Shown here piece by piece: positions 1-9,610 of a stretch of DNA of 64,000 nt. The number at the start of each line of letters is the position of its first letter. Position 1 is the stretch's first letter. Source of the DNA: a virus (lineage: Duplodnaviria; Caudoviricetes); IMG/VR virus record IMGVR_UViG_3300005326_000040, positions 32,001-96,000 of that record. One strand, written 5' to 3'. The notes below the pieces were generated by a model. The model was not told where the DNA came from, made no database searches, and saw only the letters and a program-made list of their open reading frames with translations. The translations under genes were made by a program, and so were the position numbers.

Positions 1-2
1 CA

Positions 3-1289
3 GCGTGGTATATTGATGCGGTAAATGGAAATGATGAGAATGCTGGAATAACTCAATCTAGCCCTTTGAAAACTTTTGCTGAGTGGGCAAGAAGAATAGC
101 AAATGTAGTTAAGACGGCAACGACTGTTAATGTTTTGTCTTCGATTCCTGAGAGCGATCCGTTTCCAAGTTCTCTTTGTTTAGAAAAAAATCTTACAGTT
201 GCAGGAACTTTAATTGAAACATCTTCTGGAACTTTTACAAGTGTTACTCCGCTTTCAACCGCAACGAATGAAGAGATGAAGGTTGCTAAATCTTCAGGAA
301 ATTGGACGACTGATGTTGATAAATTGTTATATGATGTAAATGTTGATGCTTGGGGATTTGTTACTAAAGACGTAGGATCTAATAGCGAAGCTTATGTTAC
401 TCAATTTGCTCCATTAAGTGTTAGTTCTATGGGGAACGCATTAGCTACATTAGCTAACGGCCATGTATATAAACTGTATAACATTCAACACTCTATTTAT
501 ATGGATAAAACGGTGTCGTGGTACGGCTCAGGAGATTTTATATTTGCTGATTTAATAGTTTATGGTGGAGAATATGTTCCAACGTATAAATATACGCGAT
601 TTATGGATTGTTCGTGTTCTGTTAATTTTATACGTTGCGCTTTTGAAAGGTCCGCGCCATCAGTTGGAGTTTTCTTTACTATAACAGATTCAAATATTGG
701 TTTTCATTGCTGTAGAATTGGATCTGTTGAATCGGGCGGAGTAACAGTTCAAACATCAATATGTGGCGGATATATGAATCTAGACGTGGTGTTTTTATCA
801 GGAACCACAGAAGAAAATTCTTCATTAAATGCCTATGGTTTTGGTGGAGGAGTTAGTATTGCGTATGGAGGACTTACAGCAAGATATTCTTCGATGCGTT
901 GGTGGGATATGCCTGTTATAGATTTTTACGGTCCGATATGTATGTTCAATTCACCATATCATGGGTTAGAAATTGGAAACTCTGCTGTGCGAATACAGGG
1001 TGGTTACGGTAATTCAGCAGGCAAATTCATAGGAAAAGATATTGCACAATATGGTTTGTATGTGTGGCGAAGCAGAATTACTGGCGCTTCTGCAACTAAT
1101 TGCTATGTGACAGGCACAACTGGCGACATATTGATTGGTGGGAAAACACAACTTATGCCAGAAATTGATGCCTCGGCTGGAGCAGTTCTTCCGGCAGCAG
1201 CACCTTGTACTACTTGGGCACAATTTGCAGCCGCACCGTTCAGCGGCAAACTAATTGATTATACTAGCGCAACCTATTTTGGTCCATAA
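3..1289 (+). CDS. Tailspike/tail-fibre-like beta-helix protein, 5'-truncated by the window edge
   Basis: Frame is open back to position 3 (AWYIDAVNGNDENAG..PLKTFAEW). It shares N-terminal and C-terminal motifs with the 1337-2863 protein. G/S-rich, beta-helix-like composition. Confidence 0.55.
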   Translation, partial: AWYIDAVNGNDENAGITQSSPLKTFAEWARRIANVVKTATTVNVLSSIPESDPFPSSLCLEKNLTVAGTLIETSSGTFTSVTPLSTATNEEMKVAKSSGNWTTDVDKLLYDVNVDAWGFVTKDVGSNSEAYVTQFAPLSVSSMGNALATLANGHVYKLYNIQHSIYMDKTVSWYGSGDFIFADLIVYGGEYVPTYKYTRFMDCSCSVNFIRCAFERSAPSVGVFFTITDSNIGFHCCRIGSVESGGVTVQTSICGGYMNLDVVFLSGTTEENSSLNAYGFGGGVSIAYGGLTARYSSMRWWDMPVIDFYGPICMFNSPYHGLEIGNSAVRIQGGYGNSAGKFIGKDIAQYGLYVWRSRITGASATNCYVTGTTGDILIGGKTQLMPEIDASAGAVLPAAAPCTTWAQFAAAPFSGKLIDYTSATYFGP

Positions 1290-1336
1290 TCGGTTGATAA
1301 TGGATTAAGTTTTCGAGAGCCTAGCATATAGGTTCA

Positions 1337-2863
1337 TCAAGAAGATATTGCCGGGCCAGCGTAAGCGCCATTCGCGTGGTTGAAGGCTTTGCCGTTGAAA
1401 GGCGCCGCAGCGATCTGCGCGAACGTTGTGCAGGGTGCAAGAGCCGGAAGAACTGCTCCGGCAGACGCTGTAAGGTCGGGCAACAAATTCGCATAGCCGC
1501 CGACTGAAAGCTGCGTCGTCCCGTCAACAGTAATCTGCGCAAAGTTGCTACAGGAAAATTGCGCTCTGGCACCGACAGTCAAGCAAGTGCCTGTGTTGCC
1601 ACTGCCGAAAATTGGCGCGTCTCCTGCGAACCTGCCACCGTCACGGATCCGAATAGGTGAGGAACCGTCAAAGGCTCCCATCGAATTGATAACCTTCGAT
1701 CGGCTATTCACAGACACGTAGCCGCCAACGACAAGGTAGTCCCAAAGAGTCGATTCACCCCCACCATCAAAAACAGCGTAGCCAAGACGCTGTAGACAGC
1801 ACCGAGCAACCAACGATCCGCTGTTGAAGAACCACGACCATGGCTTTGCGGAATCTGCCCCGAAGAAACACATGGCGAAGTAGTAAGGACCAACCGGTTG
1901 CCAGTAGCCAAACTCAACACGGATGAAGACGGCCATTACACTTCCGTCAACGCTTCCCTTGATCGACTTGTACCCACCAGCTTCTTCGAGAAAGCGAAGG
2001 TCCCTGAACACAACGTTGTCGGTAGCATCTGATCTGTTGTCAGAAATGATGCCTATACCGTTATAGGCATAGACGGTCGGAACGTTGTAGACCGTGAATG
2101 TATTCCCGACTGCTGGAATAGGGTACGGAGTTGTGAATGTGATCGTGTTGTCGCCTGTGACGTTCGCAGGCTGCGTGACCAGTGCAACACCACCGCCAAG
2201 GTTCTTCGCAATGCGAACCCAGGCGTTGCACTCGGTAATGTACACACTGCGACCAACGTGTGGTGCCCAGTCGATTGCCGCTGTGATCTGTGCTCCAGTG
2301 TTCGCCGCGTAGTTGGGGGCAGTGTAGTATGTCAGCATGCCAGTAGCGACAGCTGTTCTAGTTCCAAGAATGCGAAGCTTGCCTGCATTTGTCCAGCCAA
2401 CGCGTCGCGGGATCGGGTCGGTTGTAGGAAGCGTGCTGAGTATCTGCACTTCCATCGTGATCCCATCCGCAACTCCGCCCGTTCTTCGGTACCATTCTGC
2501 TAGAGTCTTAAGCGCAGCAGAAGTGGTATTTCCAACATTTTCATCATTACCATTGATAGGATCAATATACCATTCTGTTTGTTTTGACCACACAAAATCT
2601 ATATGAGCTTCTCTAACCCATTGCTTTGTTCTTGACTTAGCTGTAACAACAGTGATGCCGTCCGCTGTTAATGTTGTGTCTGCGATGAGCCTAAAGTTTG
2701 CGCGCAGTGTTTGAACACGAACAACCCAGTCAGCCGGGAAAGCTTTATCATCAATTTCTGCCAAATTAGTTAAATTGGTTGTGGTAAACTCTTTAACAGA
2801 GAGACCAACGCCATAGCTATACTGGGAGTATTTGGAAGTGTATATGCCTTTAGGACGACTCAT
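1337..2863 (-). CDS. Tailspike/tail-fibre-like protein, paralog of 3-1289
   Basis: 508-aa ORF with WYIDPINGNDENVG..LKTLAEW and C-terminal ASAGAVLPALAPCTTFAQIAAAPF, both shared with ORF 3-1289. Confidence 0.55.
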   Translation of the reverse strand: MSRPKGIYTSKYSQYSYGVGLSVKEFTTTNLTNLAEIDDKAFPADWVVRVQTLRANFRLIADTTLTADGITVVTAKSRTKQWVREAHIDFVWSKQTEWYIDPINGNDENVGNTTSAALKTLAEWYRRTGGVADGITMEVQILSTLPTTDPIPRRVGWTNAGKLRILGTRTAVATGMLTYYTAPNYAANTGAQITAAIDWAPHVGRSVYITECNAWVRIAKNLGGGVALVTQPANVTGDNTITFTTPYPIPAVGNTFTVYNVPTVYAYNGIGIISDNRSDATDNVVFRDLRFLEEAGGYKSIKGSVDGSVMAVFIRVEFGYWQPVGPYYFAMCFFGADSAKPWSWFFNSGSLVARCCLQRLGYAVFDGGGESTLWDYLVVGGYVSVNSRSKVINSMGAFDGSSPIRIRDGGRFAGDAPIFGSGNTGTCLTVGARAQFSCSNFAQITVDGTTQLSVGGYANLLPDLTASAGAVLPALAPCTTFAQIAAAPFNGKAFNHANGAYAGPAISS

Positions 2864-2943
2864 AATTTAAATGTAAGTTTATTGCTTTATTAATTTGTCG
2901 GGCTTTCCTTAAGTTCTAATAATCTTGAACCAAGAGGATTAAA

Positions 2944-3207
2944 ATGAAATTACGCGAATTGATTGAACGATTGCAACAAATTCAAGATAAAACCAGCACA
3001 AGAGATTATGATGTTGTTGTTTCAGACAGTCATGTTATGATTGAAGATTACAACTGTGTTGTAGGGAATATTGTTCGTGATTTTGAAATTGAAATTGGAA
3101 TCATCGGAAACTTCGATGAATTTGTGACCACGGCGAATTTTGCTAAAGCTCAATGGGATAGCCTAGAAAATACCGTTTCTTTGACTTTGGTTCCTCGTTC
3201 CAAGTAA
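2944..3207 (+). CDS. Hypothetical protein
   Basis: 87-aa ORF, GAGG RBS, MKLRELIERL start typical of small phage proteins. Confidence 0.7.
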   Translation: MKLRELIERLQQIQDKTSTRDYDVVVSDSHVMIEDYNCVVGNIVRDFEIEIGIIGNFDEFVTTANFAKAQWDSLENTVSLTLVPRSK

Positions 3208-3270
3208 AAGTGGCTGTCTGCTATATATTACTCTTGTTTAGACAAAGTAATATGAAAGGGTAGGAGCCGT

Positions 3271-3774
3271 ATGGTTGATAAAAACGAAAAACATCCGATT
3301 GGTGTTGTTGACGATCTTTCAAAAGATGAATTGAAGTTCCATCAAGAAGTGTTTGTCAAAATTCACGATGCAATTGTAAAGGTCATAAATGACACTTGCA
3401 CAGAGGAACAGCGTGATAACGAAGTGTTTGGTTATCTTTGTGCAGCCGCTATTCTAAGAGTTGCGGCAGAAATTGCTTTGAATTTAAATTATCCAATTCA
3501 GGATTTCGCTGTTCTTAGTGACAGTATGTTTATCTATGAACAAAACATTCGTCTTGCTACGGACAAGGGGTTTCAGCAAAAGCTGCTTGAGAAAATTAGT
3601 GCAAAAGTTGGCGTCAAGATTGACCCCAAGAATGCAAATGAATTATCGGAAGCAATTAATAGTTTGCCTCCAGAAGAGATTTTCAAAGCGTTTATGGAAA
3701 TCAATGGAGATGAGCCGCAAAAAGAATCTATTCCACCAATTAATGTCAAGCCGCCAAAATCTTCATTAAATTAA
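3271..3774 (+). CDS. Hypothetical protein
   Basis: 167-aa ORF, AGGAG RBS. Confidence 0.75.
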   Translation: MVDKNEKHPIGVVDDLSKDELKFHQEVFVKIHDAIVKVINDTCTEEQRDNEVFGYLCAAAILRVAAEIALNLNYPIQDFAVLSDSMFIYEQNIRLATDKGFQQKLLEKISAKVGVKIDPKNANELSEAINSLPPEEIFKAFMEINGDEPQKESIPPINVKPPKSSLN

Positions 3775-3782
3775 GAGCGAAC

Positions 3783-4862
3783 ATGAAAATTGCAATTTAT
3801 TCCATTTCAAAGAATGAAGCTAAGCATGTAAAAAGATTCATGGATTCCGTAAGGGATGCTGACTACGTTTATGTTGGCGACACAGGCAGTACGGATAATA
3901 CTTGTGATTTGTTAGTTGAACAAGGAGCTACTTTACTAGTTGTAGATGTTAATCCATGGCGTTTTGATGTTGCTAGGAATTATGTTTTAGATCGCCTTCC
4001 TCTAGATGTAGATGTTGCCATTGCTTTGGACCTTGATGAAATTATGTGTTTTGATTGGCGAAACATTATCGAAAAAGCATGGGAAGTTAACAATACAACA
4101 AGGCTTATTTATTCGTTTGTTGGAAGCCATAGGGCGGATGGTACGCCAGACCTCGTTTTCTTTTCCAAGAAAATACATTCTAGATTTGGTTATGAATGGA
4201 AATATCCTGTTCACGAAACCCTGTATCCAAAGCATGCTTTTAACGAAATTGTAGTCGGGGCGCCCGATCTTTTTATCGAGCATTTTCCAGACCACAACAA
4301 GCCAAGGGCTTCATATCTTCCATTGCTAGAATTGAGCGTGAAGGAAAATCCCGATAATTTGCAGCATATAATGTATTTGGCGCGCGAGTACTTCTATGCT
4401 AATAGGTTACTTGAGGCTGAAACTTTATTCCATGATTTTATTCGTCGAGAAGGTTGGATTGTAGAACGTGTATTTTGCTATAGAATGTTGGCAAAAATAG
4501 CAAAACTAAAAGGAGATATGGATTTGCATTATTCTATGCTCCTTAAAGCTTGTGCTGAAAAACCAACCGAACGAGAACCTTGGTTTGATTTGTTGGAATA
4601 CTACTATTTGAAAGCCGAGTGGTGGAATGGTATTTTTGCTGCCAAGCAAGGTATGAAGATTGAAGAACGTCCTAGTCACTATCTTACTGATTCAAATGCT
4701 TGGGGCGCACCGTTCTACGACCTTGCGTCATTATGTATGTGGAATTCTGAGCTAATTGAATTCCGCTCTGACGCAATTTGTACCTGTCAAAGAGCATTAG
4801 CATTATGCCCTACAGACCCGCGACTGCAAATGAATTATGAAATGATGAACCGAATTTCATGA
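3783..4862 (+). CDS. Glycosyltransferase family 2 with C-terminal TPR repeats
   Basis: ISKNEAKHV, GDTGSTDNT, LDLDE and YPVHE motifs followed by TPR-like helices (YLAREY..A..LF). Confidence 0.85.
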   Translation: MKIAIYSISKNEAKHVKRFMDSVRDADYVYVGDTGSTDNTCDLLVEQGATLLVVDVNPWRFDVARNYVLDRLPLDVDVAIALDLDEIMCFDWRNIIEKAWEVNNTTRLIYSFVGSHRADGTPDLVFFSKKIHSRFGYEWKYPVHETLYPKHAFNEIVVGAPDLFIEHFPDHNKPRASYLPLLELSVKENPDNLQHIMYLAREYFYANRLLEAETLFHDFIRREGWIVERVFCYRMLAKIAKLKGDMDLHYSMLLKACAEKPTEREPWFDLLEYYYLKAEWWNGIFAAKQGMKIEERPSHYLTDSNAWGAPFYDLASLCMWNSELIEFRSDAICTCQRALALCPTDPRLQMNYEMMNRIS

Positions 4863-6166
4863 AGCCTAAAGACAACCCATATTGCACCTTCACAACATTG
4901 CGCCCTCAAGAGAATGTCGCAGATGCGACAAATGGGCATGTTGCAAAACAAGCAAAAATCATAACTGAAAAGGATCTGTCTCCAGATCAAAAAGAAGTTT
5001 ATGATTTGATGTTGAAGTTTGCAAATACTCCGCAATTAAAGCTATTGACAGTTGGCGGAGTTGCTGGGTCTGGTAAGACCACTGTGTTATCGTTGTTTGC
5101 AAAAACGATTAAACAGAGGGCTTTCTATTGTACGTTCACTGGTAAAGCAGCTTGCGTTCTTCGTAATAAGCTGATGGAGCATGGCGTTGACCCTGAGTAT
5201 TGCGGTACGATTCATAGTCTTATTTACGTTCCAATTGTTGATTGGCGAACAAAGCGCATTTTAGGCTGGAAGAAACGACCAGAACTTGATTGTGATTTGA
5301 TTGTTGTAGATGAAGGTTCAATGGTTGGGCAAAAAATATGGAATGATTTGCGATTTTATAATAAGCCCATCTTAGTGGTCGGCGATCACGCACAGCTTCC
5401 GCCGATTAATTCCTGCATCAATTTGATGGAGAACCCAACGCTAAAGTTGGAGAAAATTCACCGTCAGGCAGAAGGTAATCCTATTCTCAAGCTTTCGGCT
5501 ATGATAAGGAATGGTGAACGATATGAGAATTATGACTTTGGTGATGATAGAGTAAGATTTGTTAGTAAGTATGATTCAAAAGCTTTAGGGCAATTCATCG
5601 AAGAAGCTTATCTTAAGCCGGGCATCACAAGCGCTGAACGTTTAGACTCAGCTGTTCTAACATACTACAATAGTTCTCGGGTTAAATTCAACAAAGGTGT
5701 TAGAGCCGATTTGGGTTATGGTTCTATTCCAGAAGACGGGGATGTTGTTATTTGCTTAAAGAATTGGTATTATGATGATGGTTCTATTTACAACGGAATG
5801 CGCGGCCTAGTAAAAGAATCAGTTAGTAATATATCCGATAATATGTATACTACCAAGATTGATTTTATGTACGATTATATGGGAATCGAAGGCCATATAA
5901 ATTCGCAACAGTTCGATAACCCAAATACTTTTTCTACATTGGAAGATGTTGAATATGCTACAGGAGAACGTTTTCGTTCCTGGGGTGATGTAGGGTTGTT
6001 GTTTGATTATGGGTACGCTCTTACCTGTCATAAGGCTCAAGGCTCACAATTTTCTAATGTGCTAGTATATGTCGAACAAAATAGCAGAATGACAGACTCA
6101 GACTTTAGACGATGGATATATACAGCTACGACTCGCAGTTCAGATAGATTAGTTGTTGCAATTTGA
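4859..6166 (+). CDS. SF1B ATP-dependent DNA helicase (Dda/RecD-like)
   Basis: Walker A GVAGSGKTT, LIVVDEGSMV, VGDHAQLPP, HRQAEGNPI, YGYALTCHKAQGSQF, YTATTR. Confidence 0.92.
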   Translation: MKPKDNPYCTFTTLRPQENVADATNGHVAKQAKIITEKDLSPDQKEVYDLMLKFANTPQLKLLTVGGVAGSGKTTVLSLFAKTIKQRAFYCTFTGKAACVLRNKLMEHGVDPEYCGTIHSLIYVPIVDWRTKRILGWKKRPELDCDLIVVDEGSMVGQKIWNDLRFYNKPILVVGDHAQLPPINSCINLMENPTLKLEKIHRQAEGNPILKLSAMIRNGERYENYDFGDDRVRFVSKYDSKALGQFIEEAYLKPGITSAERLDSAVLTYYNSSRVKFNKGVRADLGYGSIPEDGDVVICLKNWYYDDGSIYNGMRGLVKESVSNISDNMYTTKIDFMYDYMGIEGHINSQQFDNPNTFSTLEDVEYATGERFRSWGDVGLLFDYGYALTCHKAQGSQFSNVLVYVEQNSRMTDSDFRRWIYTATTRSSDRLVVAI

Positions 6167-6175
6167 AAGAACACA

Positions 6176-6487
6176 ATGGAAAACGCTAAACCAAAACTCA
6201 CATATTTTGATGGCTCTAAAACTCATGTAGGCAAACAATTATGTTGTCATTGTAAATTCTTTAGCGGTAAGAACAAGGCTTGGTGGAAGAAAGAGGTTAC
6301 TGGGCATTGTGTTCGGTGCAATGATTGTTATCCACAGGCGTGTTTTTGTATGGGAAGTAACGTTGGTTTAACAGACAACTGTAACCATTGGGTAGAACGC
6401 TCTGATGCCGCATTAATAACCTCAGAAGACACTCTTCCAACAAAGTGTGAGCTAGAGTGGGACGATAAACATAATTGTAAGGTTTGA
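6176..6487 (+). CDS. Cys-rich hypothetical protein
   Basis: 103-aa ORF with several CxxC-like pairs. Confidence 0.65.
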   Translation: MENAKPKLTYFDGSKTHVGKQLCCHCKFFSGKNKAWWKKEVTGHCVRCNDCYPQACFCMGSNVGLTDNCNHWVERSDAALITSEDTLPTKCELEWDDKHNCKV

Positions 6488-6489
6488 TA

Positions 6490-7167
6490 ATGAAAACCAA
6501 AGAGCTAATTAAACTTCTTCAGGAAACGGACCCTGTAGGAGAAACGGAGGTTGTTGTTGGAGCGAGTGACATTTATTTCTTACAGCATGCTCCAATGTAT
6601 TACGACGGCTTACCCATCATTTTAATTAGAGATGATGATAAGAAACCATACTACAATATCGCAGGATTCAAGGTGACTAGCAATGGCAATAAAATCACGA
6701 TTAGGACGGTTGATTTTGAGGATGTTCTTACAAACGACCCTAACTGCACTGTCGAGCTTGCTGACGATCGTGCTGTACGAACTTATAGTAAACAGATTGA
6801 ACATTTGAAAAGACATTTGTTAACAAACTCTGAAACTTTTGTTTCGCTTCAAGCATATTCCTGTAGAGGAAAGGCTTTCTTTGCGGAGGCGGGGAAATGT
6901 TTAGACTTGGATACTAACGGCAATCTAGATTCTAGCTTAGGCTTTACATTTGAAGAAGGCCAAATTTTACGAGTAAGGTGGCCTGATAAAGAAATTTCAG
7001 AACACAAGGTTGTGTTTCAGGAAATGGAAGAAAGAGTATTTGATAATGGACAGTTTTGTACTGTTCAAAATCAAATCCCGCACATCGAACATACTATCAA
7101 TGGGCTTTCATTTCTTTTGCCCATTGATGGCGAGCTTGAAATTTGCTTGGAGGACTTAGCAAAATGA
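6490..7167 (+). CDS. Hypothetical protein
   Basis: About 225-aa ORF coupled to its neighbours. Confidence 0.75.
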   Translation: MKTKELIKLLQETDPVGETEVVVGASDIYFLQHAPMYYDGLPIILIRDDDKKPYYNIAGFKVTSNGNKITIRTVDFEDVLTNDPNCTVELADDRAVRTYSKQIEHLKRHLLTNSETFVSLQAYSCRGKAFFAEAGKCLDLDTNGNLDSSLGFTFEEGQILRVRWPDKEISEHKVVFQEMEERVFDNGQFCTVQNQIPHIEHTINGLSFLLPIDGELEICLEDLAK

Positions 7168-7526
7168 AAATAAATAAAGTAACGTATTCTTATCAGCGCG
7201 GGATGTTAGTGCCTGCTATCCTTCAAACTATTTACAATCTTGTAAACTTTATTATTCCGTTTCTGTTTGGAATGTTTGCAGGATATTACTCAAGGCATGA
7301 TGGGCGATCAATTTTTGAATCAATTATGTGGGTTGGTATATTTACGATAGGTTTTATTGCCTCAGATATTACTATTAACATTTTTCATGAACGCAGCGCG
7401 ATAAAAAAAGAAAAGAAAAAGATTGAGGAAAGCTTGAAAAAGGCTTTAGGCGATGATCTTGATTTGCAGGAAGTATCAGAGGATAAGATGAAGGCTTTGT
7501 CTAGCGAGGAAAAGAAAGAGTCGTAA
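7164..7526 (+). CDS. Hypothetical membrane protein
   Basis: Two hydrophobic segments followed by a charged tail. Confidence 0.65.
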   Translation: MKINKVTYSYQRGMLVPAILQTIYNLVNFIIPFLFGMFAGYYSRHDGRSIFESIMWVGIFTIGFIASDITINIFHERSAIKKEKKKIEESLKKALGDDLDLQEVSEDKMKALSSEEKKES

Positions 7527-7527
7527 G

Positions 7528-8187
7528 TTATCCGTAGATGTCTTCCATGGCTGGGTCATCTTCAAACTCAGTCGTCGCGTCAATTGCAGCATTCTTTTCT
7601 TTCATCGCATCAATGTATGATTGACTTGGGTACATAAACTCAAGCTCAACCATTCCTCTCTTAAGCAAAGCCTCTCTAATAAGATATGTGTTTCGAACGT
7701 CAACGGCTGCGGTGTGCTGGTCTTCTGTTTCGCCTTTGATTCCTAGCTTAACCAACATGTCTTCTAGTCTTGCACCTTTATCAAGCTTTTTATCTTTGAT
7801 ATATTTTCTACTCATAGCGAGAGTGCATTCCCACATCTTAGCGGGAAAGATTTCTCCGACACGTTTCCACATAGCCTCACAGAAACGCTGGTCGAAGGAA
7901 TAGTGATGAGCAATCATAATTCGTTCTTCTGGGCTTACTCCATCTTCGTTCAAGAATCGATTTACCATGGGAACAACTTCTGCAAGATATTTTCCACGAC
8001 TCATTAGTTCCCGTACGGTTTTGTTAGTGATTTCTAATGCTCGTGGCTGACACCATTCTGGATGTTCGATACGTATTTCCCAGATTTTTTGGGTCATATC
8101 CTCCAAACGAAGAATAGAAATCTCAGTTAGTTCTCCTTTTTCTGGAACTAATCCCGTCGTTTCCGTATCTATGAGATATCGTTTCAT
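7528..8187 (-). CDS. DEDDh 3'-5' exonuclease (DnaQ/epsilon-like)
   Basis: ExoI LIDTETTG, ExoII AHHYSFD, ExoIII HTAAVD. Confidence 0.9.
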   Translation of the reverse strand: MKRYLIDTETTGLVPEKGELTEISILRLEDMTQKIWEIRIEHPEWCQPRALEITNKTVRELMSRGKYLAEVVPMVNRFLNEDGVSPEERIMIAHHYSFDQRFCEAMWKRVGEIFPAKMWECTLAMSRKYIKDKKLDKGARLEDMLVKLGIKGETEDQHTAAVDVRNTYLIREALLKRGMVELEFMYPSQSYIDAMKEKNAAIDATTEFEDDPAMEDIYG

Positions 8188-8195
8188 TTTTAGCC

Positions 8196-8507
8196 CTATC
8201 TTTTATCAAACGAGAATACTTTGTTGATCGTTCCCGCAAGATAAACTGCAAGCGAGCGGATACGATCATTGTGGATAATAGGTTTTGATATGAAAGACGG
8301 TAGTACTCGACCTTTTTTAACTGCTTCGACGGCTTCCTTGGGGTCGAAGGCCCATACTCGAAAATGTACAGTAATAGGGGACATTACTTCCATTTTTACA
8401 TCGTAGCAAACTTTTTGTTTAGGTTTTTCTGTCTGGGCCTCTTTTTTCATCTTGGGCTTGCCCAATAGCTTTTCGGCAACTTCCTTCATTATTTTTGTTG
8501 TTGGCAT
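8196..8507 (-). CDS. Hypothetical protein
   Basis: 103-aa ORF, AGGAG RBS. Confidence 0.7.
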   Translation of the reverse strand: MPTTKIMKEVAEKLLGKPKMKKEAQTEKPKQKVCYDVKMEVMSPITVHFRVWAFDPKEAVEAVKKGRVLPSFISKPIIHNDRIRSLAVYLAGTINKVFSFDKR

Positions 8508-8548
8508 ATAGAACTCCTATCGTTAATACAATATATTACACAGCAGCC

Positions 8549-9316
8549 ATGTCAAATGATAACAATCTTGAAAAGATTTTGGGTTTATTGAAAAAAGAAG
8601 CAAAGGAGCAACCTTCTCCTTTGTCTATCGAAAACATTCCCGCAATGGAAAATGTAGGCTCAAGTAAGCCTGTCAAGTCAGAATTATCCATTGAAAATAT
8701 TCCGAAGCCTAACGAAGAAAAAAAGACAGAAGAAAAGATATTATCCACTGACGAAAGACCACAATGGCCCATTCGTGGTGGTTGGTCTTCGTTGGGAGAA
8801 TTTGGGCAAGGTGACGCCCGGCATAGAGAAGGAAAGAGTGAGCAAGAACTAGCAGCAACTGGAGGGCACGCAGGATTAGATATGGAAGCTAATGCAGGAA
8901 CCCCTATTTATCCTATGTTGTCTGGAACAGTTCAGAAGGCTTATACTCCAACCGCTAAATGGAAAAAGAAGGGTGACCCAGAGAAACAAGGTAATATCGT
9001 TGTGATTGATCATGGCAATGGGTTGATTACAAGATACATGCATCTTCAGGAAGTTACAACTTCTCCTGGAGCCAAAGTTACGCAGCAAACCCAAATAGGA
9101 AGCGTTGGTAATTCTGGCAACGCAGTCAACACAAACCCTCATCTTCATTTTGAGGTTCTTGAGAAGGGTTCTCCTAAGAATCCGAGAACAGCAATTTTAG
9201 AGAAACCTGAGCCAAAGTTAAAATCTAAACTGGATAGGAAAGCCAGAATGGTATTGTTTCAGCGATTAGTAAAGCAAGCTGTTGCTGCTGATAAAGTTTG
9301 GGAAGATGAGGACTAG
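8549..9316 (+). CDS. M23 family metallopeptidase (peptidoglycan endopeptidase)
   Basis: HAGLD (HxxxD), GNIVVIDHG, RYMHL, PHLHFEV (HxH). Confidence 0.9.
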   Translation: MSNDNNLEKILGLLKKEAKEQPSPLSIENIPAMENVGSSKPVKSELSIENIPKPNEEKKTEEKILSTDERPQWPIRGGWSSLGEFGQGDARHREGKSEQELAATGGHAGLDMEANAGTPIYPMLSGTVQKAYTPTAKWKKKGDPEKQGNIVVIDHGNGLITRYMHLQEVTTSPGAKVTQQTQIGSVGNSGNAVNTNPHLHFEVLEKGSPKNPRTAILEKPEPKLKSKLDRKARMVLFQRLVKQAVAADKVWEDED

Positions 9317-9522
9317 TCTTCTATTGGGTCATCGTTGCCAACGCCGTTGACAATAATCATTTCATCAAAGTCAGTCAAACCGCAGTAAGAACAATGTTCG
9401 TTGTAGATTTCAAAAAGCCCCAGAGTTTTGCCGCAGTTTGGACATTTGACAAACGCTCTATTTTCTAAGAAGAGCTGAATGACTGTGTGAAAGAGGTCTT
9501 TCCCGTCATGTTCTTCATCCAT
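9313..9522 (-). CDS. Small zinc-ribbon protein
   Basis: CPNC...CSYC motifs. Confidence 0.6.
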   Translation of the reverse strand: MDEEHDGKDLFHTVIQLFLENRAFVKCPNCGKTLGLFEIYNEHCSYCGLTDFDEMIIVNGVGNDDPIED

Positions 9523-9610
9523 GCTTGGATGCCCTTAAATTGCCAATAAATTCATATCGTTTCTGAAAGTCCTCCTTTAAGATATATAATTCCCAACAAA
9601 TAGGTGAACA

